DNA from: Tortispora ganteri
Taxonomy: Eukaryota
Reading direction: 5' to 3'
Assembly (NCBI GenBank): GCA_003707115.1
Contig: PPNB01000011.1
Location: forward strand, 1 to 64,000
DNA length: 64,000 bases
Numbering within the stretch: the stretch's first letter is position 1; each line of letters starts with the position of its first letter. The translations under genes were made by a program, and so were the position numbers. Below, piece by piece: positions 1-9,428 of the stretch. The notes under the pieces were generated by a model that saw nothing but the letters and a program-made list of their open reading frames with translations, ran no database searches and had not been told where the DNA came from.

Positions 1-320
1 ATAACCATGATTCCTCCTGCCCCTCCTGCAACAACAAGCTCGGATGGTTTCCCTGTTGTTATAACAATGATTCCTCCTGCCCCTCCTGCAACAACTAGCT
101 CGGACGGTTTCCCTGTTGTTATAACCATGATTCCTCCTGCCCCTCCTGCAACAACTAGCTCGGACGGTTTCCCTGTTGTTATAACAATGATTCCTCCTGC
201 CCCTCCTGTCCCTACTAGCTCGGACGGTTTCCCTGTTGTTATAACCATGATTCCTCCTGTCCCTCCTGTCCCTACTAGCTCGGACGGTTTCCCTGGTGTT
301 ATAACCATGATTCCTCCTGG
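1..320 (+). repeat. 60-bp tandem repeat, ~5.3 copies (ITMIPPAPPATTSSDGFPVV), probably continuing upstream
   Basis: Near-identical units start at 1, 61, 121, 181, 241 and 301 (partial). Confidence 0.97.
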
Positions 321-345
321 AATAGGCTTTAACATTAGTAGCTCA

Positions 346-495
346 TCTTCGTCGTCACTATCGTCATCGTCTTACTCAGTATCTTCGTCGTCACTATCGT
401 CATCGTCTTACTCAGTATCTTCGTCGTCACTATCGTCATCGTCTTACTCAGTATCTTCGTCTTCACTATCGTCATCGTCTTACTCAGTATCTTCG
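346..495 (+). repeat. 36-bp tandem repeat, ~4 copies (SSSSLSSSSYSV), with a further copy near 608-642
   Basis: Unit tcttcgtcgtcactatcgtcatcgtcttactcagta repeated directly. Confidence 0.95.
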
Positions 496-1544
496 TCCAT
501 CTGAGACTGTTGTATTACCGGGTTTCCCACCCCGGAACAAGCAAAGATGATTTCCTGGAGTTATAATAGTGGTTCCTCCTGGAACGGGCTATAATATTAG
601 CATCTCATCTTCGTCTTCACTATCGTCATCGTCTTACTCAGTGGATCGTCCATCTGAGATTGTTGCAATGACAGTTTTCCCACCCTGGAACAGTGACAGA
701 ATGGCAGGTGGTAATGATTCTGACGCAGTCGTCGTTGATTCTTCGGACGGCTAATTATCGTCCGATATAGTACTAGACGTGGACGCTGAAGCAACTGAAG
801 TTTCCCATGAAAGCCCTGATTTTCAAGATGAAGAAGACGCGCAAGCATGGCCAATTTTGAATGAAGATGGATCTGCAGGTAGATTAGTGACCGCAGAAGA
901 TCAACTGCTAAATATGACGGAATTAGTTGGATAGGATCTCAGAGAGCGGCAGCAATTCCTCCAGTTTGGTGGGCGAAGACGGTTTATGAAATATGCTCAG
1001 GGCTGACGATAATCCAGGAGACACAGAGAATACCATCGACTATAGTGACAATGAGTATCTATATTATAGAAGCTTTAGCACTCGTTATTCATACCTGCAA
1101 TATCAAACGCTGGTCGAAGTAGTTCGCACTTGTTAGGAGCCAATTTGTTTATTATTATGGATACTCCAAAGTTTAGAGCAATACAGCTTTAAGAATGCCA
1201 TATAAGTGATAAAAAGGAAGATGACGAGTAAGTTGGTAATAGTTCCGTCTAGTTAGCGATGTAACTAGCAATCTGATAGGCGAGAAGATTCAAGGTTGTT
1301 GTCCAGAAAAGAGAGCCGATTTTATATTATGGATAATCGTATGATTAAGAACTAAAGTAGAGAAATTAAATCGTGTGATATTTTTAGATAAACTTTCACA
1401 ACCGACCAATGCGAGCAAACTGTACAGCTAAGCTGCCTTAAAATAGACACGGTGAATAACACTATTGATCTATTTTAAGATTAAAGATAATGGCTATCTG
1501 CTATGGATGTTTTAAAGAAGACATCTTTGCAAGTCGAGAAGTGT

Positions 1545-1735
1545 CTATGTCCGTTGATACAAATTTCACGGTACAGCGCCCTGTAGTCATTACTCACTGA
1601 AGTCACTTCAGCCACTTTAAGCCGTGCTACGAGCAAACTTGCTTCAGCCGTGTCTTTGTTGACATCCAGTCAACTCGATAGTTCAGTTGCTTCCATTCTA
1701 GACTATACTAGTAATGAAGGTGATGAGTTGTTTTA
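1545..1735 (+). pseudogene. Internal relic of the 4506..5645 gene (start and Cys-rich N-terminal part deleted, frameshifted)
   Basis: tccgttgatacaaat...agcgccct...agtcaactcgatagt...ttctagactatactag matches ~4765-4975. Confidence 0.75.
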
Positions 1736-1895
1736 ACTACATTGGTTTGACAGATGTCAATTTATCTGCCAGATATAAAGCTTAAATAGCTAATATTATT
1801 CAATATGGCATAAGAAGATATTTATAAAATATTTATATATTCAATTAATATTTACTCTATTATTATGCGTATTTTTAGTGGAGTATTCTGCTGCT

Positions 1896-1936
1896 AAATG
1901 CGAAATGCGAAATGCGAAATGCGAAATGCGAAATGC
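1896..1936. repeat. Heptamer tandem repeat (AAATGCG)x~6
   Basis: Five full units plus AAATGC. Confidence 0.95.
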
Positions 1937-2618
1937 TTCGCTATGTGACATTTTAGATCGGTTTGAGAGATTTCTGATGCTTTTAGTAGTCTCGAAGGAT
2001 TTAAGATAATTAACATATTTTACTTCTTATTTTTGTTAATTGATCTATTTTTAGTGCGATATTCATTAATACTCCGCCTTGGTCTAGCCAAATCATAGTC
2101 TTGAAAGTCATAATAGAAACTAAAAAGACGATCGAGGCCGTTCTATCTTCATTATTAAAGTTTAATCTCAATTAATTAGCAGCAAACTGGACTACTTATT
2201 GACTATACACCCCAAAATACAATTATCAGTTTATTACAATATTAAGTAGCTTAATTTAAATATCTATTTTGAAGTTTTTTTTACTCGTAAATACCGATAA
2301 AACTGTTCAGTAGTTTCATTTCTCTACTGTCAATATATTACCAATAGGGTAAAGGCAGTATATTATTTATTATCATATTAAAGTTCACAAAATTGACCTA
2401 ATTTAACCTAATGTCAAACTATTGCCTACAAATCGGGCTAATAGCTCGCCGATATCGTTTTAGTTATATTTCTCCATTTAATGAATAAGCTGATTAGTTA
2501 AAAAAAGAAAAAATCCATATAAAATGGTAAACTAAGAGAAATGACTAAAATATAAGCCTATCTTTGCCACCTTTTATATATATTCAGAAACGATTGAATC
2601 TCTTTCTTCTTCACCAAA

Positions 2619-3941
2619 ATGCTGAGCACAGTAACTTTAACGGATACGTCTCTTTGTAAACCACCAACAACTACTACAACTGTCTATGAAAAGACTTATA
2701 GGAGCGCAAATGGTATAGTCACTGCTTATGATGATTATTGTCTTTCAGAGACAAAATTCATCGATGACGTCTACTGTTATGCCTGTACACCAACAGTTCT
2801 GACATATGTTCCTCAGGGTCCTCTAGTAAGCGATTCTCATACTTATGTATGGGGAATGTACCAAGAAATTTCGTTTTCTGTATCTGTTACCTTAGATATC
2901 ACGATAGAGAAACCTATTGCCGTTACCAAATTTGAAGATGCTGATGCGATACAGATGACGCTAACTTCTGTCGAAAGTATGTCAGTTATGCCAGTATTTC
3001 CAGTATCTAGCAATCAGGCCCATATTACAAGCGAGATAGGCACTATAGCGAGTTCACTAGTGGCAAGCGACTCTACTGTTTCAGACATTTCAGCTGGTGA
3101 AGGACCTATCTTCAGAGTGACTTCCTCAACGGCAGTAGAATCGACAACAGTCTCGGGAATACCAACTTCATACATTGCAGATATTAGTAGCAGGACAGGA
3201 ACTCCTACTACTATTGTCGAGACCTTCCAGAGAATAACAGTATCGTCTTCTGTCGAGGTATCTTCATCTCCACAATTGTCATCATCCTATGCAGAATCTT
3301 CGTCAGCTATAACTAGTCATAGTAGTTTTAGCGCTGTGAAAAATGACATAAGCAGCTCATATCCGACTACATCAGTGAATATTCCATCTGGATTTTTTCT
3401 AGTGACGATGCCACCTCCTGAATTTCCTATTTTCGATGATGATATTATAAGTGATCACAAAATTACTTACGCATTTCCCACTGATCTTGAAATCACTAAA
3501 CCTCCTCTTATCGGCATAGAGGACACTGATTATCCTGTTGCTTCAACTGAGCCAGCAGAAACAGGTAGCGGTATCATTGTGGACGGATTGGAAGGTGGTA
3601 ATGATCCTGGTACAATCGTGGATGATTCTCCTGAAGAAGGAGACGAGTACGATTTAGTGCTAGAAGGGGACACCGATGAAAGTGGACATGATGAAGATAG
3701 TTCTGATTCGCTACTTGGTGACGATGCGGAAGAATCGTCAGATTCGTCTGAAGATGGATCTCTAATTCACGAATTAGTGGGCATAATTGATCAATTGCTA
3801 AATACGACGGGAATAGGCAACTCAGAATCAGAGAGCGGCATCGATCTTTCAGAACTTATTAGCGATGATCTTTTGTGGACTAATTCCAAACTTGAAGATA
3901 ATTCAGGAGACACAGAAAATATCACAGATAATGGTGACTAA
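2619..3941 (+). CDS. Hypothetical protein: Cys-containing N-terminal domain, Ser/Thr-rich middle, acidic tail
   Basis: 440-aa ORF with AAAATG context; first ~105 aa clearly paralogous to 4506..5645. Confidence 0.75.
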   Translation: MLSTVTLTDTSLCKPPTTTTTVYEKTYRSANGIVTAYDDYCLSETKFIDDVYCYACTPTVLTYVPQGPLVSDSHTYVWGMYQEISFSVSVTLDITIEKPIAVTKFEDADAIQMTLTSVESMSVMPVFPVSSNQAHITSEIGTIASSLVASDSTVSDISAGEGPIFRVTSSTAVESTTVSGIPTSYIADISSRTGTPTTIVETFQRITVSSSVEVSSSPQLSSSYAESSSAITSHSSFSAVKNDISSSYPTTSVNIPSGFFLVTMPPPEFPIFDDDIISDHKITYAFPTDLEITKPPLIGIEDTDYPVASTEPAETGSGIIVDGLEGGNDPGTIVDDSPEEGDEYDLVLEGDTDESGHDEDSSDSLLGDDAEESSDSSEDGSLIHELVGIIDQLLNTTGIGNSESESGIDLSELISDDLLWTNSKLEDNSGDTENITDNGD

Positions 3942-4505
3942 TAGTGTTTTTTAGGTATCAATTTAAAAAAATATTTGATCTTTTAATTCATACCTAGCAT
4001 ATCATGCGTTTATCGTAGTACCTCGCATTTATTAGATGCAAATTTGTTTTTTAATATTAAAGCGAGTTAATAATATTTCCGTCTAGTAAGTAATGTAACG
4101 TGACATACGAGAAAGCTCAACCTTGTTGTGATCGGTTGAATAAAGTATAGTAACACTAACTAATTGTTCACTCTTTTAATAAAGAGTTTTGTTATATACA
4201 GTTTATATCACTTTCTTAAGGATATTCGCATAAGAAAGAGCCACCAAAAATAGACAAACCCAAATGTGTTATATTTTTAGATTAACTTTCACAACCGACC
4301 AATGCGAACAAGCTATACTTATAAGTCATATAGATGACTTATAATAAACACGGTAAATAACACCATTGATCTATTCTAAAAATAGAAAACAGTAACTATT
4401 TTCTGCTGTAGATGTCGTAAAGAATGTCCTCTATTGCCAATATAAAATGATGTCCCGCAAGCCTTTACAGAACGAGAATAAACTGACTCATACATTTCTG
4501 CCACT

Positions 4506-5645
4506 ATGTTGAGCACTGTAACTGTAGTAGAGACATTTCTTTGCGAACCTCCAGTAACAACAACAACAGTTTATAGGAGGTCGTATAGTTCATATACAGG
4601 AGTAGCCACTGTATATAATAATTATTGCATTTCAGATATTAAATATGTGGAAGATGCTTATTGCTTTGCGTGCACGTCGACTGTGGTCACTTACGTCCCC
4701 AAAGGTCCCTTAATTCGTGGTTCCAACACGTATATATGGGGGTACCATGAAGAAGTAACTGCGTCTATCTCCGTTGATACAAATATCACAGTAGAGCGCC
4801 CTATAATCATCACTCACACTGAAATCACTCCAGCCACTATAAGCCGTGCGACTGCGACTATTACCGATGCAAGTGCTGACCTTGCTTCAGCGGTGACTTT
4901 TTTGGCATCTAGTCAACTCGATAGTACAGTTGTATCCGTTCTAGACTATACTAGCAGTGATGATGATAAATTATTATCCGCTGCGACAATAGTAACGTCC
5001 GATAGTTCAGAACAAACACCAGCAAATTTCGAGAGCAACAATGAGACTGAGCAAACCTTACAGAATAATGAGGGAGTGCCGGGTGCCAGTAGTTCTAAGC
5101 AGCCTGAGATGAGCTCTACCGCAGCAGGTTTAGTTAGCATCACTTATCGTTCTGGAGAAGAAATGAAGGAATCCATATCTAGTTCTGAAAGCAGCGACAG
5201 GAGCGGATTGCCGACTATCACAGACTATAATGAGATCTTTTCTTCAGAACCAACTGTAGGATCTGCAGTTGAATTGAGTAACTTAAGCGGTGAATCATCT
5301 ACCACTTCAGAAACCGTTTCTGTTTGGTCAAATGAACCAGCGAGTAGCTTCATAAGTGATTCTAACTCAAATGGGGTAGCATCTACTACATCAGAAAGCA
5401 TCTCTTTTGGTTCAATTGGGTCAGCAAGCAGTACCAAAGATGGTTCGAGTGGCAGACCAATGATCACTGATGTGATCATTCCTATTGGTACAGATTTAGC
5501 AGGTGGAGGAGGAGGAGGAGGAGGAGGAGGAGAAGGAATAATTGTTCTAGATCCTAATGCACCACAAATTGACGATAACCAAGTGGCTATAAGTGTATCA
5601 GGAGTGGAAACTTTTATTTATGCTGAGACGACAAGGATAACATAG
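4506..5645 (+). CDS. Hypothetical Ser/Thr-rich protein, paralog of 2619..3941
   Basis: 379-aa ORF sharing MLSTVT..LC.PP.TTTTVY, YC.S, YC.ACT.TV.TYVP.GPL and TY.WG motifs; (GGA)9 poly-Gly tract at 5505-5531. Confidence 0.75.
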   Translation: MLSTVTVVETFLCEPPVTTTTVYRRSYSSYTGVATVYNNYCISDIKYVEDAYCFACTSTVVTYVPKGPLIRGSNTYIWGYHEEVTASISVDTNITVERPIIITHTEITPATISRATATITDASADLASAVTFLASSQLDSTVVSVLDYTSSDDDKLLSAATIVTSDSSEQTPANFESNNETEQTLQNNEGVPGASSSKQPEMSSTAAGLVSITYRSGEEMKESISSSESSDRSGLPTITDYNEIFSSEPTVGSAVELSNLSGESSTTSETVSVWSNEPASSFISDSNSNGVASTTSESISFGSIGSASSTKDGSSGRPMITDVIIPIGTDLAGGGGGGGGGGEGIIVLDPNAPQIDDNQVAISVSGVETFIYAETTRIT

Positions 5646-5829
5646 TCAATTATATAGAGCGCTTTTACATGATTGGTCAGCTTGTAAATGTATAAATAAT
5701 ATTAAGTTGTTTTCTGGTAAAAAGCATGTATATTCTAAGTAATAAGCGAAACACAGTTAGAGTTGACTTTAGCGTAAATTTCCAGTCAAAACCTTACAAT
5801 TTTCATTTCACCAACCAATACATTTTGTT

Positions 5830-6513
5830 ATGAGATTGACGCCAGACACGATATTAGGTGCTCAAAGCTATTTAAATGCGATAGACGAACGTGAATTAAA
5901 CCTAAGAGGACTTAAAATACCACTATTAGAACATTTAGGTGCAACTAATGATCTTAACGATTCGATTGATGCAACAGACAATGATCTTAGAGTACTATCA
6001 GGATTTGGCTGCTTAAAACGTCTCAAGACATTGCTAGTAGCTAAGAATCGTATAAAACGCATAAACAATTCATTTGGTGAAAGTGTACCAAATTTAACTA
6101 CTTTAGTTCTTGCACAAAATGAGATAGAATCACTTGAAGCTTTGGCTGCCTTGAGTCAATGTTCTAAACTCACATACATTTCCCTTCTCGACAACCCCGT
6201 TACTAACAGACCTAATTACCGGTTATGGCTAATTCACAGAGTATCTACGTTGCGTGTAATTGATTTTCGAAAAGTCAAGGATGCAGAGCGTCGTGCTGCT
6301 GCCACTTTGTTTGGCACATTGGAGGACCCCACTGAAGCTGCGACTGCTGTACTTACTGGTGATGACAATGGCGATACCGGTCAAGCCAGCCTTTTGACTG
6401 GTATTGCGCTGACGGACGAAGAGAGACAAAAATTGGAACGCGAATTGGAAGCGGCTACTAGCCTAGCTGAGATAGAACGAATAGAACGTCAACTACAGAT
6501 GGGGTACAGTTAA
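5830..6513 (+). CDS. LEA1: U2 snRNP protein A' (leucine-rich repeat)
   Basis: MRLT...ERELNLRGLKIP..E.LG N-terminus, LRRs and LRRcap NPV...NYR....RVIDFRKVKDAER. Confidence 0.93.
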   Translation: MRLTPDTILGAQSYLNAIDERELNLRGLKIPLLEHLGATNDLNDSIDATDNDLRVLSGFGCLKRLKTLLVAKNRIKRINNSFGESVPNLTTLVLAQNEIESLEALAALSQCSKLTYISLLDNPVTNRPNYRLWLIHRVSTLRVIDFRKVKDAERRAAATLFGTLEDPTEAATAVLTGDDNGDTGQASLLTGIALTDEERQKLERELEAATSLAEIERIERQLQMGYS

Positions 6514-6556
6514 TGACAAACAGAATGACGAAAACAATAGCAGATGTATACCGTGT

Positions 6557-8023
6557 TCAAAGAATTGCAATGAAAAGAGTTGACACCAGAACAAATGTTG
6601 AAACTAACATAGGAAGTCCCATGCTAGGTACAGCTGTAGGAGCCGCAGCACTTCGAGAAGTGGACTGGCTTGTAGACGAGGACGTTGAGGAGGGTGAGGA
6701 ATCGTCGACACCCGAAGGGCTGTTGATTTGGTTGTCAGCGAGCATGGTGAGAGTGGCATCGATCGCGTTTCCTGCAGTTCCATAAACACTGTAAGGTAAT
6801 GTGGTTTTAGTGACAGGAATAATTGATCCAATATGCGATGGGCTGACTCCAGACTTGATGAGATCTTCATCTGGGCACGCGGGCAAATCAAAAGAGGCAT
6901 CGAAGCCACTGTACATTGCTTCAATGGCGTCCTTGTCACACTCTGGGAACGGAACATCGGCAATTGAAGATTCAGAAACATTAGGAAGCACAACGTTGTT
7001 GTATGCGCTTTGAAGGTTAATGAAATCATCCAAAAGGGTGACAGTTTGGTCAGAGTTTATCTCAACGAGACCATAATTGTTGTCTTCGTTGGAGTACTCG
7101 TAAACAAGGCCCCCAGAAAAGAAAGGAAGAAGTCCCTCAGAGCTGTACACAGCATCATCAACTTCAGTGAAAATACGCGGAGTTTCGGCGTTGCAACCGT
7201 ACTCTGAAAAGAACATCGGAACAGCAGTATCGTAGAAAGTCTCGTTCAAAACATCATATCCGGAAGTAGTCCAGCTGGAGTCACCGCACCATTGATAGGA
7301 GTTGATACCGTAAAAGTCAGATACAGAAATGTCAATGTCGGACGAAGCATCGCCGCCCTTACAAACAAGATATGCCCACATCGCCTCACGGAGCTGAATA
7401 TCGTCGGCAGCTGAATAGCCTACAGGAATGGTGCGATTGACATGGGCAGCGATGTATTCCTTGAGGTCGCGCTGAACAGCACGTATATAGGGAGGGGACT
7501 TTTCGGCAGATACCTCAGAATTAACGACTTCGTTTCCGGCGAAAAGGCCAGCAAGGTTCGGATAGCCCTTGAAGTTCTCGACAACCTTGAATATACGCGT
7601 CAGATAGTCCGAGTTGTAAGATTCCTCAGGGTCGTCTCTGTGGATAGACTCGTTTTCAAAAGGAGAGTTAACATCGAGAATAACGTAGATACCCGCAGCA
7701 TTGAAAATGGACATGCATTCGTCGTGATTGAGTTCTGGGTTGATTGTATACACGCGTATAGTGTTTATACCAAGACGTTGCATGACAATTGCATCACGTA
7801 AACACGTATCTCCATCTGTCAGAACATCAGCATTAGGGTCAGAACCGTATGCCGAAGAACCACCAGGCTGGTAATCAATACCTAAGATCTGAAATTCGGT
7901 TCCTTCACTTCTCGCGTCGGTCGAAGGTCTAATAAACCGGGCGCCTTTAATCTCAAGCGAGATCAGGCCAAAGGCTCCAGGAGCAGTGAGCAAGAGAGAA
8001 GCAAAGTTAAAAGAAAGCCTCAT
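6557..8023 (-). CDS. GAS3: GPI-anchored 1,3-beta-glucanosyltransferase, GH72, lacking the X8/CBM43 domain
   Basis: Signal peptide; GIDYQPGGSS, AGNEV, IPVGYSAAD, FFSEYGCN, SGGLVYEY motifs; Ser-rich stalk and hydrophobic GPI signal. Confidence 0.9.
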   Translation of the reverse strand: MRLSFNFASLLLTAPGAFGLISLEIKGARFIRPSTDARSEGTEFQILGIDYQPGGSSAYGSDPNADVLTDGDTCLRDAIVMQRLGINTIRVYTINPELNHDECMSIFNAAGIYVILDVNSPFENESIHRDDPEESYNSDYLTRIFKVVENFKGYPNLAGLFAGNEVVNSEVSAEKSPPYIRAVQRDLKEYIAAHVNRTIPVGYSAADDIQLREAMWAYLVCKGGDASSDIDISVSDFYGINSYQWCGDSSWTTSGYDVLNETFYDTAVPMFFSEYGCNAETPRIFTEVDDAVYSSEGLLPFFSGGLVYEYSNEDNNYGLVEINSDQTVTLLDDFINLQSAYNNVVLPNVSESSIADVPFPECDKDAIEAMYSGFDASFDLPACPDEDLIKSGVSPSHIGSIIPVTKTTLPYSVYGTAGNAIDATLTMLADNQINSPSGVDDSSPSSTSSSTSQSTSRSAAAPTAVPSMGLPMLVSTFVLVSTLFIAIL

Positions 8024-8284
8024 TTCTTTTATTAGCCCAGCAAATAATTAGAACAAATAAAACGAATGTGGTAGTGCTGATTTTCAGAAAAAAAGAGAAC
8101 GAAAGTGATATCCAAATAGAATGACTGACTGGTTCCTGGCATTTTATTGGATCAGACCTATACGGCCAATAAAAAAGATGTTGCCATACCAACAAAACGG
8201 CTTTTAAATTCCTCTTTTTGCGAAATGACCATATAGAAATTGCGACAAATTGTTGTATTTCGAGATATAGCGCTGTAATAATAT

Positions 8285-8704
8285 ATGGTAGACGAGGTTA
8301 AAAATGCGAAAGCATTGCTAGATGCCCTTGAATTGCAATCTGAAGATGTGGAGGAGAAAGTAGCGGCGTTTCTAAAAGAATCATCGCAGTATGAGTTGTC
8401 AATCGAGCGCGCTCGGTATTATGGACTTGTATCCTTTATTTTGCTAAGTTTAGGCTATTCAATTCTCAGATTAGATGGAAAAGATGTATCTAAACATCCT
8501 ATTGCATCTGATCTTGCACGAGCCCAAAAGTACTTGTGTCTAGTGGATGAACTGGAGCAAGAAGCCCGTAAGGAGGAATCATCGACTGCAGAGACACAAC
8601 CAAAACCGGAGCCCGCAAAGAAACTACCTGATTTACCAGATCATTCACAGAAATGGCCTAATACTAGCAGATCTAGTAATAGAAAGAAGAAAAGAAAAAG
8701 CTGA
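8285..8704 (+). CDS. LRP1: Exosome-associated C1D/Sas10-domain protein (Lrp1/Rrp47)
   Basis: ERA.......LSL.YS.LRL.G.D...HPI..DL.R..KY core plus basic tail RKKKRKS. Confidence 0.75.
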   Translation: MVDEVKNAKALLDALELQSEDVEEKVAAFLKESSQYELSIERARYYGLVSFILLSLGYSILRLDGKDVSKHPIASDLARAQKYLCLVDELEQEARKEESSTAETQPKPEPAKKLPDLPDHSQKWPNTSRSSNRKKKRKS

Positions 8705-8959
8705 CCGAAAAGCTAGCATTTTTCAAGATAGGCGAACTGCTTTAATGATTTACTACAACCTTAACATGCAAGCTACAAGTACAGTAGAACTGCAGATGAA
8801 AAATAATGATATAATTGATGAGTGTCAAAACTAGTAGAATAATTAGTACACATAGCAGTATTGTCAATAAATCAATGACAATTCAGCTCCGTCGATCTAA
8901 GTCATCAAAACATAAAGCTAATGAGTATATATAAATCACGTAGAGCCAATGCATATAAT

Positions 8960-9178
8960 TTAAGAGGAAATTTTTACTTCTTGATCTTTCTCAATATCTT
9001 CAATATGAGGATGAGATTTCATAGTGCTGACATAATCATCAGGAACAACTGCCGCAAATCCATTTACGAGTGTATATTCATGAGTAATAGATCCTCCGTT
9101 ACCTTTGATCTCCTCTTTAACCTTCGTGACCTCTTCAGCAGGTGCATTGTCCTTAAATCTAAAAATATAAGAAGGCAT
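8960..9178 (-). CDS. Peptidase inhibitor I9 family protein (proteinase B inhibitor Pbi2-like)
   Basis: 72 aa with YIF.FK...GGSITHEY.LV.GFAA....IE.DQEV pattern; TATA-like TATATAAAA upstream. Confidence 0.85.
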   Translation of the reverse strand: MPSYIFRFKDNAPAEEVTKVKEEIKGNGGSITHEYTLVNGFAAVVPDDYVSTMKSHPHIEDIEKDQEVKISS

Positions 9179-9428
9179 TGTAAGTTTGCGTATTAATTGT
9201 CGAATAATAGTTTCTATTAACTCTTGTTATCAAAAGATAAGTGACGTCTCCTTGCAACTCAAATCGCCCCGCCTTTTATATATCTTGCAGGCTGGGGCGG
9301 TTGCCAGGCCGGCGTTGCCCGATATGGCAGCATACTACATTTACCCCTTGGCGCGTCACCAAGCCGTATCGCTAACATGCCGCGTCATTAGCTGCATGAC
9401 ATTAACTTTAAGCGCTCGTTGCCCTTTT

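Larger units (their letters stand above)
1..1068 (+). pseudogene. Degenerate, repeat-expanded paralog of the 2619..3941 gene (5' end outside window)
   Basis: Frame 1 is open from base 1 to TGA at 502-504, followed by a frameshift and stops (548-550, 752-754). DNA at ~705-1050 aligns by eye with the 3' end of 2619..3941 (ggtggtaatgat, tgaagatggatct, gatcaactgctaaata, cagagagcggca, caggagacacaga). Confidence 0.65.

Noticed and set aside
1..495. Regular repeats as a CRISPR array
   Set aside because: Head-to-tail units with no unique spacers, in frame with a peptide, in eukaryotic DNA with no cas genes.
1740..2600. Very AT-rich stretch as a centromere or replication origin
   Set aside because: No diagnostic motif seen; composition alone is not enough.
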